A stretch of DNA of 64,000 bases. It comes from Octopus vulgaris (Eukaryota). Under the pieces are notes generated by a model. The model did not search any database. It was given only the letters and a program-made list of their open reading frames with translations, and was not told where the DNA came from. The translations under genes and the position numbers were made by a program. Location of the stretch: positions 30,566,001 through 30,630,000 of the forward strand of contig OX597816.1 of the NCBI GenBank assembly GCA_951406725.2, read 5' to 3'. Shown here in pieces: positions 24,105-36,330 of this stretch. The first letter of the stretch is position 1, and each line of letters opens with the position of its first letter.

Positions 24105-24541
24105 GGATCTTTTCGGTTAGAACGGCAGTTTTTAACATAATCTCTAGGTAACTAAAAATTTTAAACTTCGTATACTGGTAGAATGTGTTTATAAAACATA
24201 TTTTTCTCTTGGCTTTATTGAGAAAATTCTATGGTTTATAAGATATTTGTTGTTGTTTTTCTTCAATTTCTGCAATTTCAACCAACCAATGACTGTCTAT
24301 TGAGGTGAAAACATTCTGTGCCGTATGAATATGTCCCTCGTTTAAGAAACAGATTGGGTTTATTTACATTTGTGAAGAAAAAAATATACCCTTTCCCCCA
24401 CCCCTAACCCTAAACCTAACCCTAACTAACACTAACCCTAAAACAGATTGAAATGCAATAGATCGATACTAGGGTCATAATTATGGGTGACAATTTCATA
24501 TGACACCGCTAGAAAAACTGCCGTTCAAACCGAAAAGATCC
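24105..24541. mobile_element. MITE with ~28-bp TIRs and 8-bp TSD (Merlin/MULE/hAT-like)
   Basis: GGATCTTTTCGGTTAGAACGGCAGTTTTT ... AAAAACTGCCGTTCAAACCGAAAAGATCC; TSD AATGGCTG at 24097-24104 and 24542-24549. Confidence 0.9.
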
Positions 24542-25794
24542 AATGGCTGGGCAAAAATCATCTAATGAACCAATAAGGATATCGGCTATTATACAGAAAT
24601 GTAAACTTATAATATCTAACTTCTGTTTGATATAACAAATACTAAAATTATTTATGGTCCCAGAATAAGATTATCCACAGTTCAGTCCTTACAAGTATGT
24701 CATTATAAGTTTTATTTTTCATGACGTGTTCCAGGGATTTTAAATCTGTAATCTTCATCATCGCAAGCTTATATTTTTCATGACATACGTTGCAGTCCTG
24801 ATTCACTTATGGAAAGCAATTTCCTTGGATAAACTTTATTTTTTTCTTATTTTGTTTTTCAGATTTAGAAAACATTCCTGAATTAGACTTCGTTCAAACT
24901 CTTAATTACGTTGAGCCCAGAAGATGACCATAATAGGAAAGAAACTAAATTGCTGGATTTCTGTATTACATTAAAAATGAATTAGACATTGAGGATGGGA
25001 GTATAAATGTTTATTACACCAATACAATAATAACACGACACGCATCTACAACTATACAACACGCATACACGAACATACACGCATCACAATGTTATTGAAA
25101 CTCAACATTTTTAGAAGTGTCAATCCAAAAATAACTATTATAAAATATTGTAATAATTGAGGTGTTTAAGGGATTTTTGTATACCTTTTTATCTTGGTTC
25201 AAATTACAACCATAAATCAGTGTGATAATATATTTATTAAAACTAGTGTGATATACCCTGGGATCATATTACTCTTCTGAATATTGTCTCTACGGCAATT
25301 CTTGACGTTCATCGTGACACAAAATTGAACCCACTTATGATGTTGCTGAACAAAAATAAAGGAAATTGGGTGAGTCAAACATAACGACGCTATAGATGAT
25401 AAATATAATAAATTAAAAGAGCAATAGCAGAAAGAATATTTGCTGAAGAAAGTGGAAAGATAAATGATAACAGAGAACTGTTATAGTAATGATAAAACCG
25501 TAGATACAAACAGACAACTAAGCAAAAATAAATATTAATAACAGTTATAGAAAGGGCTGATGTGGAGATAACAGAATAGCTGCAAGAATAAAGTGGAGCA
25601 TTGTGATAAAAAAGATAACTGATAAAAGATCGATGCTGGGTTTAACGATAACAGCTCTAATACTACGATACAGAAAGATGGAAAGAGACAGACATATTGG
25701 AAAAGAAAGAGAAAAGAGTAAGGTCAAAGTCTTTAAACAGGTATTGATATGACAATATTTTATGAGGAATAATATTACAATGTGTAGATTTATA

Positions 25795-26400
25795 TTAAAA
25801 ACACACTCCTGTTAAATATAACAAGGTGTGAATTCTAAGCTATTAATTCACACCAATACCCAACTCCTATTAAGTACATCTTATAACACCTTACATTAAG
25901 TATAATGATAGCCAACACATGTATTAACAGCCGCTGTTAAAAGTAGGGTGCAAGTTTATAACACTTTATTCCTGTTAAATATAACGTGGTGTAAAAGTCA
26001 GAATATATATGTCTTACTAAGCACAACGAGGCACAAATTATTTACACTTTATAACACCTTATATTAAGAATGAGAATGATACTCGAGTTGTACATTTCTA
26101 AACTCCAACTGCTTTTAAATGCAGAGTATAATTTTATAAAACTTAACTATTGTTGAATATAACAAAGGGTAAATATACAAAACCCAAGGCCTCTTACATG
26201 CAAGACCTTATAACACCTTACTTTAGATATAATAATGATACCCAAGATATACGGTTATAAGCTCCAAATACTGTTAATTACTAGGAATAAATCTATAACT
26301 TTTGACTCCTGTTAAATATAACAACGTGTAAATAAGCAATATCTAAGACCGGTTCCCAAAACTTACTATTGTTGAAGACAACAACGTGTAAATAGCCACT
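25795..26400. repeat. Diverged tandem repeat, ~160-175 bp period
   Basis: Recurring CTGTTAAATATAACAA.GTGT and TTATAACACCTTA motifs near 25808, 25971, 26148 and 26308. Confidence 0.65.
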
Positions 26401-26694
26401 AGTGTTACAAGATAACTAAATAACTCTACAGCAAACCAACAAACGCAAAAACTAAATCCCTCTCAAATAACAACACTTACATCTAAGAAGGAAAAGCCAC
26501 ATTGGTTAATGAAATCCTGAGTCGACAGAAGGGATGGGTGTGGCTAGGATGGTTTCGATTACAGTTAAGTCCTCTGGGGTAGGTATTGATTTCGAGGACT
26601 AAACAACACCAACAATCAAGTTGTAGGCCTAAGGCACTACCTCCCCATCTCCCTCGGTCTGTAACCCACCATCGCTATTAATGCCCGTAACCAT

Positions 26695-27296
26695 ACCTAT
26701 TTCTTTTTCTTTACTACCCACAAGGGGTTAAACACAGAGAGGACAAACAAGGACAGACAAATGGATTAAGTCGATTATATCGACAACAGTGCGTAGCTGA
26801 TACTTATTTAACCGACCCCGAAAGGATGAAAGGCAAAGTCGACCTTGGCGGAATTTCAACTCAGAACGTAGTGGCAGACGAAATTCCTATTTCTTTACTA
26901 CCCACAAGGGGCTAAACACAGAGAGGACAAACAGGGATAGACAAACGGATTAAGTCGATTATATCGACCCCAGTGTGTAACTGGTACTTAATCTATCGAC
27001 CCTGAAAGGATTAAAGGCAAAGTCGACCTCGGCGGAATTTGAACTCAGAACGTAGTGGCAGACGAAATACCTATTTCTTTACTACCCACAAGGGGCTAAA
27101 CACAGTGGACAAACAAGGACAGACAAACGGATTAAGTCGATTATATCGACCCCAGTGCGTAACTGGTACTTAACTTATCGACCACGAAAGGATGAAAGAC
27201 AAGTCGACCTCGGAGGAATTTGAACTCAGAACGTAACAGCAGACGATATACCGCTAAGCATTTCGCCCGCCGCGCTAACGTTTCTACTAGCTCGCT
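26695..27296 (-). mobile_element. SINE family D: one head plus three tandem ~185-bp body units
   Basis: Units begin CTATTTCTTT at ~26697, ~26888 and ~27071. Confidence 0.85.
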
Positions 27297-28952
27297 ATAT
27301 ATGTATATAGCAATAAAAAATAGAAGAAAAACGCAATAGAGGACAATAAAACATTCGGACAAATAGACGGTACAAAAGCGGACAGGAAAAATGAAAATTA
27401 CAAGGACAAGGAAAAAGTCCGGTCATTCGTGGCCTGCTTTCCTCAGTTAAGTTACCAGAAGGCTTTACTGTTTCGGGTGGTTATAATTTTGAGACAGTTG
27501 GATCTAGTTGCCCCCACAAAAAGTCTAAGCTAAAGGCATTAGATTTTTTTGTAAAAAAGCGCTAGCGAATGTGTACAGAAACAAAGACAAGAAACGGAGA
27601 ACATGGTACACAATCACAAATACAAACAACAAGAGTATAACAACAGGTGTCTTTCGACTGAGAACGAATCAAACTGAGCTGGTGTGTATGAAATGAAAGC
27701 CTAAAGGCAAGAACATTGGAGATGGACATAAGAGATATTGGCGGTCGGCAGTCAGGCCAAGACAGAAAAATTATGGCTGACTGGATACTGGTCACATTGA
27801 CGGAGGAGAGAGGGGTATGGGCAGCGGGATTGAAGGATTAGAAGAAAACATCAGAGACAAAGGGAAAGATACAAGAGAGATAAAGGAGGAGGAAAAGTAG
27901 GAGTTAAAGAAAGAGAGAGCCAAGAAATGTGTGTGAGAAAGAGAGAGAGAGGAGGAGGAGGAGCGAGAAAAAGAAAAGAAGATGAAAGCATGAGGGGACT
28001 AAAAGAGAGTCGTACAACATTTAGAGACATACTTACAATAAAGTGAGCACAAGTGTGTACGTACGCCGCTATATGTATATATAATTATACAAAATGGAAC
28101 AAAAACGCAATAGAGGACAAAAAACATTCGGACAGATAGACGATACAAAGGCGGCCAGGAGAAAGAACAATTACAAGGACAGGGAAAAAAATACGGGTCA
28201 TTCGTGGCCTTCTTTCCTCAGTCAAGTAACCAGAAGTCCTTACTGTTTCGGGCAGTTACACTTGAGGCAGTTCGATCTGGTTGCCCTCCGCCTAAAGCCT
28301 ACGCTAAGACCATTAGCCATGCCGGGACACCACTTTGGAGAATTTCTTGTCGGAGGAATCGACTCCAGTGTTTATTATTTTAAGTCTGGTACTTATTTTG
28401 CGGAACCGCTAAGCTACAGGGACGTAAACACACCAGCACCGGTTGTCAAGTGGTGGTGAGGGACAAATACAGACACAAAGACACACACACACACGCGCGC
28501 ACACGCACACATAAACACACACAATTTTGTAGTTATAAGAAATAAGAAATGTGCAAGGGATAGGTGACAACTGGTTGAAGAAACGAGCCAACGAACGAAC
28601 GAACGAATCAATTAACCAACCAACCAACCAACCAACCAACCAACTAACCAAGTGTCTGATATGTTAAAGCATTATTTTCTTTTTTCCCTTTCGTTTTGAA
28701 ACTCACTCATTGTCCTTTCGAAGTCTTTTCTGTTTGCATAAAACTCTTGCAGGGCTACGATTTCTTTTATTGTACAAACAAATGTGAATTCACAAGAAAC
28801 AAAATCTTATGCAGCGAAGTTTCCTCTTGGGGTTATAGGACAAGAACAACTTGTAAATAATTTATTATTAACTGACCAAGGAAGAAAAAATGCAGATTGG
28901 GACAGAATGATCTTTAGACTTACAGTGAATATAGCAGCCTCTCAGTTTATGC

Positions 28953-28983
<31 letters not shown>

Positions 28984-29619
28984 TATGTACACACACACAG
29001 TTACATAATACAAATGTATGTATGTGGTAGCGTGTGTGTGTGTGGTCAGAAACTCTTTAGTGTTCAATGTATTTCTTCTAGTTTTTAGAAATTTCGAATA
29101 AATATATTCTATCAAAAATCAAAAATGTATTTTTGTTTTAAAGAGCTTACACATTTCCTCCTGCTCCTCCTCCTGCTCCTTCTCCTTCTCCTCCACCTCC
29201 TCCTCCTCCTCCTCCTCATCATCATCATTCTCTTCCTCCGCCTCCTCCACATCATCATCATTCTCCTCCTCCTCCTCCTCCTCCTTGTAGTCGTCGTCGT
29301 CATCGTCATCAACATCATCATCATCATCATCATCATCATCATGTCATCACTTACAATTATCACGCTAACCGTCCATCTCACACCCCCTTTTTTTTCGACG
29401 TTAGCTGCCGTGCTCTCTGAGAGGAGACATGATGGAGCAACTCAGAGCTTTTGTTATGCTCTACAAAAACAGAGTGAGTTTGAGCAAGGGATCTAGCAAC
29501 TTCTTCCCCTAAAAATGGAATTGATGCACAGTACAGCAAGGAATAGAAATGAAGAACAGAAGACAATGGCTATATATATATATATCGATAAGAAGTTGAG
29601 AAATTCGTATTTTCCCAAA

Positions 29620-30480
29620 ATATGTTCAGCGTAAATGGAGATGTTCAACTGTTTATAGATGATCACTTTCTACTAGGTTGTAAATAGGTTACAAGGGAGT
29701 GCACTTAAATATCTATAAACACTGTGCGTTCAAATCTTCCGCTTACATTTAAATAAGTTCCATGTGCTCCCAAAATTGACCTAACTGTAAATAGGCCCCG
29801 TGAATTAGTTCAGTGCGCCTTAACTATACATAGGGCACACAAATTTGGGCAGTCGACACATGGTCCCATGTGTTAGTGCAGTTCAATTATCTATGAATAG
29901 ATTCCATGAGTTAGTGCAGTCCATCTTAGATATACGTAGGCCCAGGCCACATGTATTGGCGCAGTCTACTTAAATGTAAACAGGTCCCATGTGCTGGTGT
30001 AGTCCACCTACCTGTGAACAGACCCCATGTGTTAATGTATTGCTCTTACAAGTCCCATATTTAGCTGCAGTCCATCTGGCCGTAAATAAATCCCATATGT
30101 TGGTGTAGTCCGCAATTAGTTGTAAGTCGGTACTTCTAAGGAAGCTGCCTTCCTTTTAGCCGCAAGTAGGTGCCATTGTACTACTTGTTGTCCTGTTATC
30201 TGTAAAGATGTACCTCTATGGTGCATACATTCTACCTAGCTGTAATACGGTAGCACTGTGGATAGGTGCAGTTGTGCTGGTAATGAATAGGTACCCCTGT
30301 GAATAAGTACAATCCTTGTAGCTGATAATTAGTATCATCGCAATAGGTACAGATCACCTAATTGTAAATATGTACCACGTGGTTATATAATCCACCCAAC
30401 TGTGAATTATTACTTTGTGGTTATTTAATCTTTCTAAAAGTAAATAGGAATCAGTGGGGGTACAATACCCTTGTCAATAA
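29620..30480. repeat. Diverged ~38-40 bp minisatellite
   Basis: About 20 degenerate units of TGTAAATAGGTCCCATGTGTTAGTGCAGTCCA.CTTAGC. Confidence 0.7.
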
Positions 30481-31592
30481 ATAAACTGAATTTCCTTCGT
30501 TGGTTTCGACGGTGACCATTCATTTTATTTTCACTGAACTCCTTTGATCATTAAATTAACATGTAAGTAACTGTAAAGGGACGTGTATGAACCTTTTGTG
30601 TAATTCTCAGACAAAATTATGGCCACCTAAAGTTCATCCGATGAGCTTCTGTACATTTTCTGTATACCCAGATCCAATCATAAAGTTTTGTCAATCCTAG
30701 GTGAGGATTTTAAAATAAAAAACGATAAGCACTTACCCAAGGTTCCACCGAATGGGATGGAGCCCAGCACCTCCTGGGTTCGAAGATGGCTTCTTTATAT
30801 CCTAGCCATGCTTGCGTCTGGACGTACGTACATCTAACTTTGGCAAGTACAGCTTACAGAATACCTATACACATAAACAGATGTACGGACATACAGTCAC
30901 ATAACACACATACACGCACACAGAGAAACCACACTAAATGTACACGTCCATTTAGCTGTACATAGGTAGTACGAGCAGTGTAATGTCAACCTGGGTGCCA
31001 TGAGTCGAACTTGCAGTCGATGGGACTGTGTCAAAAAGGCGGCGAATGTCTCGCAGAATTTGCCCCAAGTGTCACCGCTCTGTGTTCAAATTTCAGCGAG
31101 ATCAATTTTATTTTTCATCCTTCCGGAGTTTTTAAAAATAAAATTCACAGTGTTGGAATGAAGGTACAATTACAATGGGAGACCAAAGTAACCTTGCGGT
31201 ATTTGTCCCGGCTCTTTTTTGTTCTGAATCTTGGATTAACAGCACCACATGGCATCTTGGGTATTTTTACCGGGGTCACCATTTTACGCAGTGATTCTAG
31301 TAAGGTTTCCGTTTAGAAGATACATTCCTCCCTCTATCCCGCCCACTACTGAGGCCTTAATGCATATAAAACACAGACACATCACCACATACTTACACAC
31401 TGGGTCAAAATGAAGGTTATTGATTTATAACACGTTTTAGAATAACAAGGGAACGTATACTGATGCGATCACCCAATCGCTAAATGGTTATTGTTTACGA
31501 ACACCTCAGGTATCATATATTGGTATTTTCTACCATGTACATTTGTATATTCGTGCTACTCAGAAATCAGTACATGCAACACTCACATACAC

Positions 31593-31629
<37 letters not shown>

Positions 31630-31641
<12 letters not shown>

Positions 31642-31998
31642 AATGAGGTAATCAGATCGGATGGTTCATATTTATAGATATTTATTTATATATTACATTT
31701 TTTACATATATATCATATCATTCAGATCATATCATTCGGATTAGCGCTTTCTCCCAATCGAGTGGGGTTTTCAAATCAAATCAATTCCTTGTGGGTAATT
31801 TGAACATTTTATAGTTTCGTAGTAGTGGTGGGGAGGAATAATTGATTTGATTTGAAAGCCCCACTCGATTGGGAGAAAGCGCTAATCCGAATGATATGAT
31901 CTGAATGATATGATATATATGTAAAAAATGTAATATATAAATAAATATCTATAAATATGAACCATCCGATCTGATTACCTCATTTTTTCTAATATATA
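31630..31998. mobile_element. Fold-back element (~157-bp near-perfect arms) with paired minimal HHR motifs at 31739-31777 (-) and 31849-31887 (+)
   Basis: Arms 31630-31786 and 31840-31998; motif gau UUGAAAA cccc(acucgauu)ggga GAAA gcgc UA auc; embedded in (TA)n. Confidence 0.7.
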
Positions 31999-32030
31999 AT
32001 ACCTGTACATCATCTCCAAACCTTCCAATA

Positions 32031-32084
<54 letters not shown>

Positions 32085-32442
32085 CACACATACAACACAC
32101 ACTCAATACACACACACAACACAAAAACACTCACACATATAAGTATATTGGGGTTTGGGCTCAACAGGGGGTTGGGTTCTCCTGAAATCATCAACCGCCT
32201 TACAGAATCATTTTCTATGCCATAGGGTGAACTAAAATTCCCAATTTTACCAGGCTGGTTCGGTTGGTATTACCGATTGAATAACTGACAGCTCAACCAT
32301 GCACAGGTGGAATAATCTTACACTTCACTCGCTGGTTATCAGATCGCTAACTCACGCATTATAATGCACTCCCGTATATATTTACAAAGTAAAATAGTAG
32401 TTTCTTATTAATTTGTTAGCTTTTGTTATCGAAAACTATAGG

Positions 32443-32807
32443 AGCACTCTGTCGGTTACGACGATGAGGGTCCCAGCTGATACGATCAACGGAACAGCTT
32501 TCTCGTGGAATTAACGTGCAAGTGGCTGAGCACTCTACAGACACGTGTACCCTTAAGGTAGTTCTCGAGGAGATTCAGCGTGACAAGGCTGACCCTTTGA
32601 AATACAGGTACAACAGAAACAGGAAGAAAGAGTGAGAGAAAGTTGTGGTGAAAGAGTACAGCAGGGTTCACCACCACCCCCTGCAGGAGCCTTGTGAAGC
32701 TTTAGGCGTTTTCGCTCAATAAACACTCACAATGCCCGGTCTGGGAATCGAAACCGCGATCCTACGACCGCGTGTCCGCTGCCCTAACCACTGGGCCATT
32801 GCGCCTC
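32443..32807 (-). mobile_element. SINE family C
   Basis: Aligns by eye to 7213-7593. Confidence 0.9.
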
Positions 32808-34189
32808 TACTATCGAAAACTATAACGTAACAATTAAGATTTCCTGCGAGTGTACTCTTAGAATTAAGAGATAAAAGAATTCTCAGGTTTCTTAAAAGTG
32901 CAAAATGAAATAAAGATTTATTGTTTTTAACAAGTGGGTCATTCTTTGATGAGAACTTTGTATTCAGTATAACTACTGTGTTCGTTATAATTATTGTGTT
33001 CATTATAATTATTGTGTTCATTAAAATCAGTGTATTCATTGGAATTTTTGCGTTCATTATAATCTGTGCATTAGTCATAATCAGTGAGATTATGAAACTG
33101 GTAATTGTATCAATGACGCTTTTGCTTACGAAATAATGCTATAACGTTCATGTTATTCGATTGTGCATTAACTGTCTTCTTGCTAACATTCACAGACAAC
33201 TGTTTTAACTGAACATTTACAGCTTAAATCTTGCGCGTTCGAAGGCAGTACGTAGAAACTTCAATTGGGTATCACTGTTCTCTACACAACTGTAGAAATG
33301 TTAATTTTATAACTTGTAATATTATTTATAACTATTTCAGTAAATTCACTTACTCCATATACAATGTACTTGATAAAATCGATATCAATTAAATAATGAT
33401 AATTATTTTATTGATATCAAATAGCTGATGCATCGAATCAAGCTCAAATCCATTTAGAATCGAAAGTTAGTGATTTAGAATTACATTATGAAATGAGAAG
33501 TGTGTAGTGGAGCTGTGACCATGTGTACCGAGCTTTGGGACAACTAAACAATGACAGAAGCCGAAAGCATAAAATTTCTAAGGAAATATTCTTCAGTATA
33601 ATTTAACATATAAATAAAATAAAGAATTCATAAACTAATTTGGTTATTATTTTTTCAATAATACAAAGAATCACAGTAACAAATTTAATGTCAAGCGATC
33701 TCTATTTTAAACAATAACGTTGGTGATAAAACATTTAATATTTAATGCAGGAAGCAATAAAATTCTAATCGATAGAATTTGCAATATTCATATTTACAAT
33801 TAATTAGTAAAATTACTGATTACCTACCATTTTTATAAGTTAAACATATAAATCTAAATTACACTTATATATAAATTACAACTGTTTTTAATAAAATTAA
33901 TGTTAATTTCAAAGAGGAAAGAAGATTCATTTTTGTATAATTTCCACTTAAAAATAGTGCCGAAAGCACAGTAAAATTTAATCTCGAGTAATATTCATTA
34001 ATTGGATTGCCATAGAGTTAATACTTTATTATGGTAGTGAAATAAGTTTCTAAACATACATACATACACACATACATACATACATACATACATACATACA
34101 TACATACATACATACATACATACATACATACATACATACATACACTTTTATATACATATTATATAATGCATGTAAGCAGAATCCTCGTG

Positions 34190-34640
34190 ACATACACAAA
34201 GTGTGATGACAGGCCGGAAGAGAAGTCTGGAGTTCTAGCGAACTGCACTTCAACGAATATGATGTTTTTTTTAGTAAATAAGCAACACCGCTGAAATTTG
34301 ACTGTATGGCTAGACTATATGAAAGTATTTGACTTTCAACCTCATTTATACCAAAGCCATTACACAAGTATCCAAGTACATGTCATCAAAAGATCGACAA
34401 CAATAATGTCTAGTGAGTTACTGGTAAGAAACAAAGCTAATACAGTCACAAACACAATTAGGTTAACAACAGGAATTTCGTTGTATGACAATTGACCTGT
34501 AATGCATTCTTGTTTCAATTCTGTTAAAGTATTGCGCAGGCTACGCGATAAGATCTGCAGAGGAGAGAAAAATAAACTATTTATGGACAATATGTAATAT
34601 TCCCGACACCAAGAGGATTTAGAACTAGCAACCCCATTCT
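34190..34640 (+). pseudogene. Very degenerate RLE-type LINE RT fragment
   Basis: TVWLDYMKVFDFQPH...IRLTTGISLYD resembles WLDY.KAFDSVPH...I....GI.QGD. Confidence 0.45.
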
Positions 34641-35897
34641 TGTCACACACACACACACACACTCACACTTACCACATCCGTCGAAGAGACATAGGGTCAA
34701 AGGCTTTCCATCCATGTCTATCTCGTATTTTAGTAGTCTTTATGATTATTTTATTCAATATCTTTTGATAATGTTAAAGCAATGAAATTTGATGTGGCAT
34801 ATATGGCTGCTATTTCTAGTAGATCTAACGGCCAAATAGATGCATTCATTCGTTGTCTTTAGTGAAATGTATTTGTTCGCCAGGTGAGCATGGCCAATGG
34901 CAGAATAAACCTTTTATTCGGCAGTCTTACACTCTCGCAATGAAACGTAAAATTTCCAGTACAGAGGAAACCATTTAAACAATACTTGAAGGTAAATGCA
35001 AGAAATTTGTTGAGCAACATTTGATACGTACAAGCGTCTTTTCATATCTTATAATTTATAAAACATTGAAGAGACTAATTCAATAACTCACAAGAACTAT
35101 AGAATCTTCTACATACTAAAGAAACAGAAGAACAAAGAACGACAATTGAGTTTGTTGGTGAAAGCCCACTCGGTGAAAGAATGGATCACTTTAGATCTCA
35201 AATACACCTTTCAACAATCCATTGAACCAACAGCCTTTATTTTAACATTCTCCCACAGAATTGTATTTATGTGTTTCAGTACATGTCACGTTTTGTACCA
35301 CTACATTTGGATTTATAATAAAATTGAGATAAGTACATTGAATAAACTAATACATTATCACGTTTTCCCCTTGTTGGGCTACACGAATTTTTATATTAGA
35401 TTTTCAATCTAATATCATTCACGTTGCTTTTTCTTTCGGTAGTTTATTTATCAATTTTGTATTTTATTCTATTTTAGTAAGTTATTGCCTGTGTAGGAAA
35501 CACATCCATGAAATACCTGTTTCATTCAAGAAGGATACAATTTGTTTTATTTTCAGTTGGATGCCTTTCCTGCTGACAACTCTATAACTAGAGGAAGTCA
35601 CGTTTGGTTCCTACGTAAGTTAGAAGAACAAAATTATAACACCTACTTATTTACAAGTGAAAAAATAAAACGTCTTCATTATCACATCACTAGCGCTATC
35701 CCTATTACCGTCATCATCATCTCCATCAGCATTATCACACTTACACCACCCCCTCTTTCACCACATCATCAACGCTATCATCATCATCATCATCATCACC
35801 AGCAGCAGCAGCAGCAGCATTTAGGGCATATATAGTCGATAAATACTTTACCTTATCTACAGAAATGTATTACTCTGTACCAATGTAAACTCGCTGA

Positions 35898-36046
35898 TTT
35901 CTTCTTCTTCCTCTTCTTTCTCTACATCTTCTTCTTATTCCTCCTCTTCTTCCCCTTCTCTCTTCACTTCTTCTTCTTCTTCTTCTTCTTCTTCCACTTC
36001 TTATTGTTCTTCTTCTCCTTCTTCGCCTTCTTCCTTTTCTCTCTCC

Positions 36047-36077
<31 letters not shown>

Positions 36078-36330
36078 CTTCTTCCCCTTCTTCTTCTTTC
36101 TCCACTTCTTCCCCTTCTTCTCTTTCTTCCTTTTCTCTCTCTCTCTCTCTTCTTTCTCTGCTTCCTCTTCTTTCTCTGCTTCCTCTTCTTTCTCTGCTTC
36201 CTCTTCTTTCTCTGCTTCTTTTTCATCTACTTTCTCCACTTCTCCTCCTCCCTCTTCTTCTCCTTCATCTTCATCATCATCATCATTCACCTCTTCATCT
36301 GTTCCTAACACCAGTACCTCTTCTCCCTTC
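35898..36330. repeat. (CTT)n-based polypyrimidine tract
   Basis: Visible directly; it explains the K/E/R-rich ORFs. Confidence 0.9.

Noticed and set aside
25795-30480. Repeat arrays considered as CRISPR-like
   Set aside because: Eukaryotic context, degenerate units, no repeat-spacer alternation and no cas genes.
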